The translations under genes were made by a program, and so were the position numbers. Positions 48,779-57,860 of a stretch of DNA of 64,000 nucleotides are shown piece after piece. This DNA comes from an uncultured Magnetococcales bacterium (GTDB taxonomy: Bacteria > Pseudomonadota > Alphaproteobacteria > UBA2136): the NCBI GenBank assembly GCA_963974105.1, contig CAXBBG010000001.1:445256-509255 (forward strand), read 5' to 3'. Each line of letters starts with the position of its first letter. The first letter of the stretch is position 1. The notes beneath the pieces were generated by a model, which was not told the DNA's origin, searched no databases, and saw nothing but the letters and a program-made list of their open reading frames with translations.

Positions 48779-49969
48779 TTACAATATAAACTGTTTTGGA
48801 ATAAGGGCCGTGTTTCCTTTTGATGTGAAGATGTTTTCTTGAGGGTTTTCGCCTGCGAGGATATTTAAGATGCGCTTGCTTGCGTGGCCGTCTCCATAAG
48901 GGTTTGCTGCATGCGCCATTTCTTTATAAGCCTCAGGGGAGTCCATAAGTTTAGAAATAGCCGAAAATATTTTATGCTCATCTGTGCCCACAAGTTTGAC
49001 GGTGCCCGATTCCACAGCTTCAGGACGTTCTGTTGTGTCACGCATCACAAGTACAGGCTTACCGAGTGCAGGTGCTTCCTCTTGTATGCCACCACTGTCA
49101 GTCAAAATAATATGTGAGCGGCTCATAGCTGCCACAAAGTTAGGGTAGTCTAAAGGTTCTGTAAGGTGTATATTTTTAATATGACTTAACATATTCATGA
49201 CAGGGACCTTCACTTGTGGGTTTAGGTGTAGCGGGTAAATAATGTGGGTGTCGGTATATTTTTCAGCAACGAGTTTAAGGGCGCGACACACGCCTTCAAA
49301 GCCTTCGCCATAATTTTCTCGTCTGTGACCTGTCACAAGTATAATGCGCTCATCGCTTGGAATTTCTGGGAAAGGGTTAATGTCTAAAGTTTGAGCCTTT
49401 TCCTTTGTGTAATCAAGTGCATCGATTACTGTGTTCCCTGTAATAAAGATATTCTCAGTAATACCTTCTTTGTTTAGATGGTGGGCAGATGTTAATGTTG
49501 GTGCAAAATGGTAATCTGCTAAAGGTGCTATAAGGCGTCTGTTACCTTCTTCTGGATAAGGTGAAAGTAAATTATCAGTGCGTAAGCCAGCTTCCACGTG
49601 ACCAATTTTAATTTTATGCTGATTTTGTACATCAAAATTATAAAAGGCAGCAAGGGCTGAAAGGAAGGCTGTTGTTGTATCGCCGTGGACTAGAATAATA
49701 TCAGGTCTATGCTCAGAAATAACATCTTGCATGCCACTTAAAATACGACCAGAAAGTTTAGCTAAAGGTTGTCCTGGACGCATAACGTCAAGGTCAAAGT
49801 CGGCTTTGATATGAAACCAGTCAAAAACTTGCAAAAGCATTTCACGGTGTTGTCCTGTAGAACAAACTTGGCAAGTAAAGCGGTTGTCATGGCGTAAGGC
49901 ATGAATAAGAGGCGCCATTTTAATAGCTTCTGGTCTAGTACCGATGGCGATAAGAACTTTTTTACGCAT
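48779..49969 (-). CDS. wecB: UDP-N-acetylglucosamine 2-epimerase (non-hydrolysing, WecB/FnlC-like)
   Basis: MRKKVLIAIGTRPEAIKMAPLI..., HVEAGLRT and the GT-B epimerase fold. Confidence 0.85.
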   Translation of the reverse strand: MRKKVLIAIGTRPEAIKMAPLIHALRHDNRFTCQVCSTGQHREMLLQVFDWFHIKADFDLDVMRPGQPLAKLSGRILSGMQDVISEHRPDIILVHGDTTTAFLSALAAFYNFDVQNQHKIKIGHVEAGLRTDNLLSPYPEEGNRRLIAPLADYHFAPTLTSAHHLNKEGITENIFITGNTVIDALDYTKEKAQTLDINPFPEIPSDERIILVTGHRRENYGEGFEGVCRALKLVAEKYTDTHIIYPLHLNPQVKVPVMNMLSHIKNIHLTEPLDYPNFVAAMSRSHIILTDSGGIQEEAPALGKPVLVMRDTTERPEAVESGTVKLVGTDEHKIFSAISKLMDSPEAYKEMAHAANPYGDGHASKRILNILAGENPQENIFTSKGNTALIPKQFIL

Positions 49970-50029
49970 AAAACCTGCTTTTATTTTTGTTAACTATATT
50001 TTTATTTTTAGCTGATTGGTGGAAAATAA

Positions 50030-50704
50030 TCAATCTTTAGGTTTTGATGGCTGAGAAAAAGACCTGAGCTCTGTGATGTTTTTTTTGTATTGAGACGCCC
50101 CTCCAGTAAAGATAGCGCTTCCAGCTACAAAGGCATCTGCCCCTGCATCGATGCATTTTTGGATGGTATTTTTGTTGATACCGCCATCTACTTGTAATGT
50201 TATTTTTTTATCTAAAGCCTTAATAAGGTTTTTAATCTCTGAAATTTTAGCAATTTGATCTTCCATAAACTTCTGCCCCCCAAATCCTGGTTCAACAGTC
50301 ATGATAAGAATGTTATCTACAGCATTTAAAAATGGTTTTATGCTTTCAACGTCTGTACTTGGTTTGAGCGTTATACCAACTTTAACACCTTGAGCCGCAA
50401 TGGTGCGTAGGTCTTCTGCTGGGTTTTTAAGAGTTTCAATGTGTACGGTAATTTGGTTAACACCTGCTTGAATGTAGTCTTGGAGAAGATTTAAAGGATT
50501 TTGCACCATAAGGTGCGCATCAAAGAATAAATTTGAATGTGGGCGTAACGCCTTAATGATAGGTGCGCCAAAGGTGATATTTGGTACAAATTGCCCATCC
50601 ATAATATCAAGGTGAACCCAATCAGCGCCTGCAGATTCAATAGATATAAGCTCTTCCTTTAATTTTGAAAAGTCGGCACTTAAAATAGAAGGTGCAATAA
50701 TCAT
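50030..50704 (-). CDS. rpe: Ribulose-phosphate 3-epimerase
   Basis: MIIAPSILSADFSKL...VHLDIMDGQFVPNITFG. The probable start is the ATG at 50704, preceded by an AAGGA RBS; the track ORF extends to 50764. Confidence 0.9.
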   Translation of the reverse strand: MIIAPSILSADFSKLKEELISIESAGADWVHLDIMDGQFVPNITFGAPIIKALRPHSNLFFDAHLMVQNPLNLLQDYIQAGVNQITVHIETLKNPAEDLRTIAAQGVKVGITLKPSTDVESIKPFLNAVDNILIMTVEPGFGGQKFMEDQIAKISEIKNLIKALDKKITLQVDGGINKNTIQKCIDAGADAFVAGSAIFTGGASQYKKNITELRSFSQPSKPKD

Positions 50705-50790
50705 TATACTTTTTCCTTGTTTATTGATGCGTTGAATTGTACGCAATAAAGAACGTAAAGGCACATAAATTATTTTAATGCTTTTTTTTA

Positions 50791-52089
50791 TTAAGCTATT
50801 TTGCGCAAACGTGCAGCAAAGAACCCGTCCATATTTTCAGCTGGCGTGGTGCGTATTTCGCCTTGCTCATTTATGATATGTTCGTTTGCACCTACTTCAT
50901 CCATGGCTATTTTTAAGCGTTCGAAGTTCGTGTTTTGTGCAAGGAATTTAGCAATTTGTTTTTCACCTTCATCGTGGAAGAGCGAGCAAGTTGCATAAAC
51001 AAGAATGCCTTGAGGCTTAAGTAGTCGTGCTGACTCTTTAAGTATATTTGCTTGTATACCTAATAGGTTTGTCACATGTTCAGGTTTTCTAGAAATGAGA
51101 ACGTCAGGGTGTCTTCTTGATGTACCTGTTGCTGAGCAAGGGGCATCAATTAATATGCCTGCAAAACTATTGTCTGGCAATTTTGTGTCGCTTGCATCGC
51201 CGCAAATAATAGTGCCTGAAACTTGGCAACGCTTGAAGTTTTCATGAATACGTTCAATACGTTTTTGACTTAAATCTAAAGCTGTTACTTGGCGTGTTGG
51301 GTGTGCATCTATAAGTTGAATTGTTTTCCCGCCAGGGGCAGAGCACATATCAAGCAGGTCGCCGTCTGCCTTAAGTGGAGCAAATAGACGTGCCGGAATT
51401 TGAGCTGCTGCATCTTGTACGTAAATTTTACCACTATCCCAGCCAGGGATTTCAGTAACAGAGATATGTTTTTGCTTTAAACGGAAAGTTTCAGCGTGAA
51501 TGGGGATGTTGTAGATCATCTCCTGAATTTCTTCTGAGTCGATAATACTTGTGTCGCGTATGCGCAGGTCAATTTTAGAAACTTTAAGCATGTATTCAAA
51601 AATAGCTTCGCTACGCACAGGGCCGTAATCTTGTGTAATTTTATCTTTTATCCATGTTGGGATATTAAGCCTTTCATGAGCTACTTGGTCAAGAATGGAC
51701 ATACCCTCACGTTGTGCACGGCGTAAAATAGCGTTGATAATAGCGGTTGCGCGCACTTTACCACGCACTTTGGCAAGTTCAACGGCGCCGTGTATTGCTG
51801 CGTGAGCAGGAATGCTGTCCATGAATAAAAGTTGAGCAATACCAATACGCATGATGTTTTTTTCTAGACTGTCATTGTCGAAGGGGTGCTTCATGAATTT
51901 GTCAATAAGGTAAGATATTTCACCTATATGGCGTAGTGTAGTGGCAGTAATTGCACGCGCAAGTTTGCGTTCACGCTCATCTAGAGAAGGGAGTATCTTA
52001 GCCTCTGCAATTTCAATCGGTTGCTCGCGAATGATAACTTCACGAATAATATTAACACTTGCATTTCTGCTACTTAAAGCTTCATCCAT
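50791..52089 (-). CDS. rsmB: 16S rRNA (cytosine967-C5)-methyltransferase RsmB (Sun family)
   Basis: N-terminal NusB-like domain and a C-terminal SAM-dependent m5C methyltransferase domain (DMCSAPGGKT, DAPCSATGT, catalytic Cys in TCS). Confidence 0.8.
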   Translation of the reverse strand: MDEALSSRNASVNIIREVIIREQPIEIAEAKILPSLDERERKLARAITATTLRHIGEISYLIDKFMKHPFDNDSLEKNIMRIGIAQLLFMDSIPAHAAIHGAVELAKVRGKVRATAIINAILRRAQREGMSILDQVAHERLNIPTWIKDKITQDYGPVRSEAIFEYMLKVSKIDLRIRDTSIIDSEEIQEMIYNIPIHAETFRLKQKHISVTEIPGWDSGKIYVQDAAAQIPARLFAPLKADGDLLDMCSAPGGKTIQLIDAHPTRQVTALDLSQKRIERIHENFKRCQVSGTIICGDASDTKLPDNSFAGILIDAPCSATGTSRRHPDVLISRKPEHVTNLLGIQANILKESARLLKPQGILVYATCSLFHDEGEKQIAKFLAQNTNFERLKIAMDEVGANEHIINEQGEIRTTPAENMDGFFAARLRKIA

Positions 52090-52090
52090 T

Positions 52091-52194
52091 ATATTTTGCC
52101 CATTTTTAAGCTGTTGTTGCTATTCTTATGCGGTGTATATTTTGCCCATTTAAAATAAATCACGCAAAGTATATTGCTATATATTTTGACCATT
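52091..52194. repeat. Three direct copies of ATATTTTG(C/A)CCATT spaced 46 and 44 bp apart, in the rsmB/52388 divergent region
   Basis: ATATTTTGCCCATTT at 52091-52105 and at 52137-52151, and ATATTTTGACCATT at 52181-52194. Copy 1 abuts the rsmB start codon. Confidence 0.7.
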
Positions 52195-52387
52195 ATAGGT
52201 GTAAATAATATTTTGTATATCATTAGTCGCTTTAATGCAATGAAAAATACGTACAATTATGAAAGATATGATGTTTTTTTGTGTTTTTATAGTTGATTTT
52301 TATATGTGTATCACTTATAGATATAGGTGATAAATCTATCGAAGCAATGTGCTTTATTCCTTTTCGTCACCTTTTAGAGGTAACATT

Positions 52388-53071
52388 ATGTATAAAAAAA
52401 TAATTATGGCTGTAGTTATTTCCTTTTTGTGCGCTAGCAGCACTTTTGTGCAGGCTAAAACTGTGCCTCAAGGAGATACAGATTTCAATAACTGTGTGGA
52501 CACAGTATCGGCTCAGATTTTACAGAGTTTATCTTTCACAGATATGCAGAGAAAAAACGTTCAAAAGGTAGAGGTTTTATTAAAACTTCATGAAGAAATA
52601 GGGCGTGCTGATCCTTGGCAGTCTGAATTTACGCAATATATCGTTGCTTTACGAGGTGCGCTTGACAATTATTTAACTGTCAAATGTTCGGCAGGGGCTG
52701 GCCATGTTGGCGATGCGGATGCAGCTTTTTTGTATCTGAAAAACGTGTATACCCAAACAGTTGAATATTTAGATAGCCTTTCAAGTATTGTTGATGCAGA
52801 AATTTCGGCAATTACCGCTTGTGCGGGAGGCGTTTTTCAAGACTTTAACGCTTACAGTATGCGCAATATGGAAAAGGTAAAAGCTTTTGAAAGGCATATT
52901 AGTGCTGAAGAGATTGCTGTTTACAAGTCTAAATATAATGCCTTATATGGTACTGCATTTTTATTCTGTGATGCGAGTTATCACGGTTCTGACGCTGGGC
53001 GCGCTCACGTTAAATCACTTTCTGACGACCTGATGGAATATGTGGATTATTTGATTGCAAAATATTCTTAA
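52388..53071 (+). CDS. Hypothetical secreted protein
   Basis: Signal peptide MYKKIIMAVVISFLCASSTFVQA, 4 Cys, no recognisable domain. A GAGGT RBS precedes ATG 52388. Confidence 0.3.
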   Translation: MYKKIIMAVVISFLCASSTFVQAKTVPQGDTDFNNCVDTVSAQILQSLSFTDMQRKNVQKVEVLLKLHEEIGRADPWQSEFTQYIVALRGALDNYLTVKCSAGAGHVGDADAAFLYLKNVYTQTVEYLDSLSSIVDAEISAITACAGGVFQDFNAYSMRNMEKVKAFERHISAEEIAVYKSKYNALYGTAFLFCDASYHGSDAGRAHVKSLSDDLMEYVDYLIAKYS

Positions 53072-53085
53072 TTTAAGGCCGAATT

Positions 53086-53140
53086 TATCGAAATAAAAAA
53101 CCTTCACATTGTGGAGGTTTTTTTTTATTTTTTTTGTTAT
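53086..53140. terminator. Bidirectional rho-independent terminator immediately upstream of fxsA
   Basis: A-run, AACCTTCA-CATTG-TGGAGGTT, then a T-run of more than 15. The fxsA ATG follows within 10 nt. Confidence 0.6.
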
Positions 53141-53149
53141 AGTGAGTTT

Positions 53150-53662
53150 ATGATTTTAATATTTATTGTTGTTTTATTTGCTTTGGAAATTGCCGCTTTT
53201 GTTGAAGTAGGCGGTGAAATTGGTGTGCTCAGCACGCTTTTGGTTATTCTGTTAAGTGCTATGTATGGCATAGGTCAACTAAAATATTACACAATGTATA
53301 TTTCACAAAGCCAAGGTGGTGGTAAAAAGGAAGTGGCAGATCGCATGTTTCATGGTGTTTGCGGTATTTTAGCATCCCTGTTATTGGTTGTTCCTGGTTT
53401 TGTTACAGACGGTTTAGGTCTTTTATTATTAATTCCTTTTGTGCGCATTTTCTTACGTACATTTATTTTAGACAGTATTGTCGGGGGTTACACCTTCGGT
53501 TTGGTGGATACGGGTGATCTGAATGATATGAAGGATTATTATAAAAAGAAAAAATCTTCACGTGCCAGCGCTAAAAGTAAGGTTGAAAAAATACATGTGG
53601 TTGAGGCTGAATTTGAAATAGTTGAAGCTGATGATAAAAAAAATGACACGGACTCAAAGTAA
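53150..53662 (+). CDS. fxsA: FxsA-family cytoplasmic membrane protein
   Basis: MILIFIVVLFALEIAAFVEVGGEIGVLSTLLVILLSAMYG matches the FxsA N-terminus; acidic/basic C-terminal tail. Confidence 0.55.
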   Translation: MILIFIVVLFALEIAAFVEVGGEIGVLSTLLVILLSAMYGIGQLKYYTMYISQSQGGGKKEVADRMFHGVCGILASLLLVVPGFVTDGLGLLLLIPFVRIFLRTFILDSIVGGYTFGLVDTGDLNDMKDYYKKKKSSRASAKSKVEKIHVVEAEFEIVEADDKKNDTDSK

Positions 53663-53759
53663 ATTCATTGTACGTATTGCAATTTAAGATCATTTTCCCT
53701 ATATAAAGGTTATCTAAAAATCTTTATCTTTTCATTTTTCATCTGTGGAGGTCTCTCCT

Positions 53760-54599
53760 ATGTTTGATAAAAATCTAAAACACTTAAGTTTACTTAGTGA
53801 ACTTATGCAGTCAACTAAACCTCTTAAAAAACTCAAAGCAGGGTTTAAGCTCATTACGCGCAGTTCTGTGGATGATGCTTATGACATGCTTTGGCTTTTA
53901 AATGAGTCTGTGAACGGCGATACCAAGCTATTCAGTGATAAAATTGAAAAACTTGTAGGGCAAGCAATTCGGGGAAAAGGCGTCCGTTTTGACGTTCAAA
54001 AACTTTGTACTGTTTGTCCAAGTGAAAAAATTGCTTTAGCATTTAAAGATGCTGCAGGTGGTCATTTAGGGCAAAACCGAAAAGGTTTGCTTGCAAGGCC
54101 ATATCTGCACCATATTTTAATGGTTTGGTTTTTGGTGATGATGTGTGGCGGCGATGAGGCGCAGCAAATTGTTGCGCTGCTTCATGACTATAGTGAAGAT
54201 GTGCCAGATAGGTCTATTTCCGTTGAAACGCTTTCGAAGCATATACGTTACAAATATGGCGCGCGTGTTGTAAAAGGTTGTGCGTATTTATGTAATAAAA
54301 AAGGTATTTCAGGGAGAACGCCAGCGCAAGCTGTAGAAAAACATATATGGCAATTGAGTCACTTAAAATCTATGCCAAAAGCTTGGCAGTTGGTTAAGTT
54401 GTGCGATAGGTCATGCAATATGTATGATAGCCGACGTGATGGGCCTGTGGGCAATACGCCTTGCTCTATTGCAAAGGAAATTGATCAATGTGAAGAGTTT
54501 TTTGCAGTTTGTTCGCAAACGCCCGCATTACTTAAGGAATTCTCAATGTATATTACACATCTTTTGGATGTAAAATATGATTTGAAGCATTTAAATTGA
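53760..54599 (+). CDS. HD-domain phosphohydrolase related to the RelA/SpoT (p)ppGpp-hydrolase domain, with ~110-aa N-terminal extension
   Basis: RPYLHHILMVWFLV...ALLHDYSEDV...YGARVVKGCAYL parallels SpoT GEPYITHPVAVA...ALLHDVIEDT...FGKSVAELVEGVSKL. A GGAGG RBS sits 7 nt upstream of the ATG. The start coordinate may be off by 1 nt. Confidence 0.45.
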   Translation: MFDKNLKHLSLLSELMQSTKPLKKLKAGFKLITRSSVDDAYDMLWLLNESVNGDTKLFSDKIEKLVGQAIRGKGVRFDVQKLCTVCPSEKIALAFKDAAGGHLGQNRKGLLARPYLHHILMVWFLVMMCGGDEAQQIVALLHDYSEDVPDRSISVETLSKHIRYKYGARVVKGCAYLCNKKGISGRTPAQAVEKHIWQLSHLKSMPKAWQLVKLCDRSCNMYDSRRDGPVGNTPCSIAKEIDQCEEFFAVCSQTPALLKEFSMYITHLLDVKYDLKHLN

Positions 54600-54626
54600 A
54601 GTATAAATATGTAATCGATGTTAAAA

Positions 54627-54657
54627 AACACCCTTGTATCTAAGGGTGTTTTTTTAT
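54627..54657 (+). terminator. Rho-independent terminator
   Basis: AACACCCTT-GTATCT-AAGGGTGTT followed by TTTTTTT. Confidence 0.7.
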
Positions 54658-54893
54658 GTAACTGACATGTTTATTCATTGATTTGTTTTAAATGTAACAC
54701 TTTAAGGGTTTTATATAGTGATATTTTTAGTCTATTTGGTGTTCTTTGCGTTTATTATGTAACAGTTGTATTTGTGAAAGGGGTTATAAATAGATAGGAC
54801 ATGTGTAGGGTGTGTTCCTTTGTGCGTTATAAAGTGTATAGTGGTATGGACCACTTTTCAGCATGTAAGCGAAATTAGGAGAATAAAAGTCAT

Positions 54894-57836
54894 TTGGTTG
54901 ATTTAATAACAACAATATCATATTGGGTACTGGCATCTTTTTGGCTGCTGGTCTTTGTTTTATATATTGCTAATTATAGTTATATTCGCAATGCCCGTGC
55001 AACCATTGGCGTTATGTTGACTGCGACCGCTTTTATTGGCGGTTCAGAAATTTTTTCAAGCGCGTTATTTGCAGAGTATTTAAACCTTTTTTCTCAAAGT
55101 AAATCGGAAGCCATGCAAATGGGGACCTTTCAAATTCAAGATTTGACGTCACAACATGTGCGCATTTTTTCTGCGATCGGTTTATTATGTGTCTTTGTTT
55201 TTTGGCTTATTCCTTTAGAGGTGAAGGACAAGGTTAAAATGAAGAGGCTCATTGAAGAAAGCGAAGAGCGTTTCCGTACGATTACTGAAAAGACAACAGA
55301 TATCACGATTATTTATGATAAAGACAAAGGGTTTCGGTATATTAGCCCATCTGTTTCAAAGATTATTGGTTTTACTGTTGAAGAGTTGAGAGGTAAATGT
55401 CCTGATGCAATTGTTCACCCAGATGATCTTGAAAACTTTTTAAACAGCGTTGAACGTGCGCTGAAGGTTGCCAATAAAACAATTACCATCTCAGATTTTC
55501 GTGTAAAAAATAACAAAAACCAATGGGTGTATTTTGAAGGGCGTGTTACGAACATACCTACTGTGCGTGGCGTTGAAGGACTTGTTATTAACTGCCGTGA
55601 CATACAAAAACGTAAAGAGGCATATGAGCTTTTAAATCGCCGTTTGGATATGGATGCTTTGGTGAGTAAAATCTCCACAGAATTTATTAACACAGAAGCG
55701 GTTGATGTTTATTCAAAAATTGAAAATACGCTTATGGCACTGGGCGATTTTTCAAAGGTCGACCATGCTTATCTCTTTAGCTTTGAGCCAGAATCCCAGC
55801 AGTTTGAAAATCAATTAGAATGGCACCGTGAAGGTAAATCTTCCGTTATTCAAGATTTGGAACCTATTACAGCCGACCTCTATCCATGGATGCTTGAAAA
55901 GCTTGAAATGTTAGAGTCTGTTTATGTGCCTGATGTGTTTAAGTTACCTAAATCTGCAGACCAAGAAAAAGCTATTTTTAAAGCGGCTGGTATACGTTCT
56001 TTATTGGCCGTACCTGTAAGCCGTGAGGGGCGTTTGAATGGTTTTCTATTGCTAGATAACTTAGAAAAAGTTCATAAATGGGAGAAGCATGACATATCAC
56101 TTTTAAACGTGATTGCAGAAATTGTTTCAAATGCAATGCAGCGCTATTCAACGGAAGAGAATTTAAAAACTTTATCGCAAGCAGTCGAGCAAAGTATGTC
56201 TTCAGTGATTATTATAAAGCCTAATGGTATGGTCGAATATGTAAACCAAAAATTCCAAGAGGTTACAGGTTATAGTGCAGAAGAGGTTCTAGGTAAGTCT
56301 ATTGGTGACTTTGCGAAGATTGATGGTGCGGAATCCCGCAATAAAGAAATTTTGGATACGGTTAATCGTGGTGAGGATTGGCGTGGCGAAGTTTTAAATA
56401 AAAAGAAAAATGGTGAAGAGTTGTGGGAATCTGTCACAACATCACCTATTAAAAATAATAAAGGTGAAATTAAGCATATTTTAAGCGTGCGTGAAGACGT
56501 CACATTGAAGAAGTCTTATGAAGATAAACTTATCTATCAAGCAAACTATGACGATTTGACAGGCATTCCAAATCGCGTGCTTGCACATGACCGCCTTTCA
56601 GAGGCGATGATGCGTGCACAGCTCAATAAAAATAGCGTTGCATCTATTATTGTTGGCCTTGACACCTTTAAAAAAGTAAATGAAACCCTCGGACATAGCG
56701 TGGGTGATCAGCTACTTGTTGAGGCGAGCTTGAGACTGAAGCATTATGTGCCAGAGATTGGTACATTGGCCCGCCTTGGCGGTGACGAGTTTTTAATTGT
56801 TCTACCAATTGACCATGATGACTATGCTGAAATAGTTGCGTCTCGTATTTTAGAGTCATTTGCAGAGCCCTTTATTTTAGGTGACAATGAAGTAACTGTG
56901 ACGGCAAGTATGGGCATTGCCATTGCGCCAAATGATGGAGATGATCCACATGTGATATTGCGTAATGCAGGCAGTGCGATGCACCGTGCAAAAGATGAAG
57001 GTCGTAATAATTTCCAATTCTTCGCAGAGGAAATGCATAGTGATGCTTTAAAACGCATTCAAATGGAAGGTTATTTACGCCGTGCCCAAGAGTTTGATGA
57101 GTTAGAGCTTTATTACCAACCTATTGTGCGCACTCATTCTTGTAAGGTTGCGGGTGCAGAAGCTTTACTGCGTTGGAATAACCCTCATTTAGGTCCTGTT
57201 TCACCGGTTGATTTCATTCCACTTGCAGAAGATATTGGGCTTATTGTACCCATGGGTGAATGGATTTTGCGCACGGCTTGTTTGCAAGCTAAGAAGTGGG
57301 CTAAGGATAAAAATGCGCCTAATTATGTCAGCGTAAACGTTTCTGTACGCCAATTTAAAGGTGAAGATTTTGTTGGCTTGGTACGACGTATTTTAGAAGA
57401 AACAAATTTAAACGCAAAACATTTGCGTGTAGAGGTGACAGAAAGTCTACTCGTAGACGAAGAGGTTGGCGGTACTGTGGATCTGGCTCTTAAAGGCCTT
57501 AAAGATATGGGCGTGATGATTTTACTCGACGATTTTGGGACGGGTTATTCATCTTTGAGCTATCTTAAAAAATATGACTTCCATACACTGAAAATTGACC
57601 GTTCCTTTGTGTGCGATATACCAGATGATGCGGAAGACAAAGCTTTGGTACAAGCGATTATGGCTATGGCGCATAGCTTAAGCCTAGAAGTTGTTGCAGA
57701 GGGTGTCGAAACCAAAGAACAATTAGATTATTTGTCGACGCTTGGATGTGACAGTATACAGGGGTATTTCTTCTCTAAACCACTGCCAGATAAACAATTT
57801 GATGATTTAATGATGAATTGGCAGTATACTTCTTAA
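54894..57836 (+). CDS. Membrane-anchored PAS-GAF-PAS-GGDEF-EAL signalling protein (diguanylate cyclase/phosphodiesterase)
   Basis: N-terminal TM helices and PAS/GAF sensor region, then RLGGDEF (GGDEF active site) and EAL-domain motifs (AEALLRW, EVTES, DDFGTGYSSL, KIDRSF, EGVET, QGYFFSKP). TTG start with an AGGAGA RBS. Confidence 0.9.
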   Translation: MVDLITTISYWVLASFWLLVFVLYIANYSYIRNARATIGVMLTATAFIGGSEIFSSALFAEYLNLFSQSKSEAMQMGTFQIQDLTSQHVRIFSAIGLLCVFVFWLIPLEVKDKVKMKRLIEESEERFRTITEKTTDITIIYDKDKGFRYISPSVSKIIGFTVEELRGKCPDAIVHPDDLENFLNSVERALKVANKTITISDFRVKNNKNQWVYFEGRVTNIPTVRGVEGLVINCRDIQKRKEAYELLNRRLDMDALVSKISTEFINTEAVDVYSKIENTLMALGDFSKVDHAYLFSFEPESQQFENQLEWHREGKSSVIQDLEPITADLYPWMLEKLEMLESVYVPDVFKLPKSADQEKAIFKAAGIRSLLAVPVSREGRLNGFLLLDNLEKVHKWEKHDISLLNVIAEIVSNAMQRYSTEENLKTLSQAVEQSMSSVIIIKPNGMVEYVNQKFQEVTGYSAEEVLGKSIGDFAKIDGAESRNKEILDTVNRGEDWRGEVLNKKKNGEELWESVTTSPIKNNKGEIKHILSVREDVTLKKSYEDKLIYQANYDDLTGIPNRVLAHDRLSEAMMRAQLNKNSVASIIVGLDTFKKVNETLGHSVGDQLLVEASLRLKHYVPEIGTLARLGGDEFLIVLPIDHDDYAEIVASRILESFAEPFILGDNEVTVTASMGIAIAPNDGDDPHVILRNAGSAMHRAKDEGRNNFQFFAEEMHSDALKRIQMEGYLRRAQEFDELELYYQPIVRTHSCKVAGAEALLRWNNPHLGPVSPVDFIPLAEDIGLIVPMGEWILRTACLQAKKWAKDKNAPNYVSVNVSVRQFKGEDFVGLVRRILEETNLNAKHLRVEVTESLLVDEEVGGTVDLALKGLKDMGVMILLDDFGTGYSSLSYLKKYDFHTLKIDRSFVCDIPDDAEDKALVQAIMAMAHSLSLEVVAEGVETKEQLDYLSTLGCDSIQGYFFSKPLPDKQFDDLMMNWQYTS

Positions 57837-57860
57837 TAATTTTATATAGAGGGGGATATT

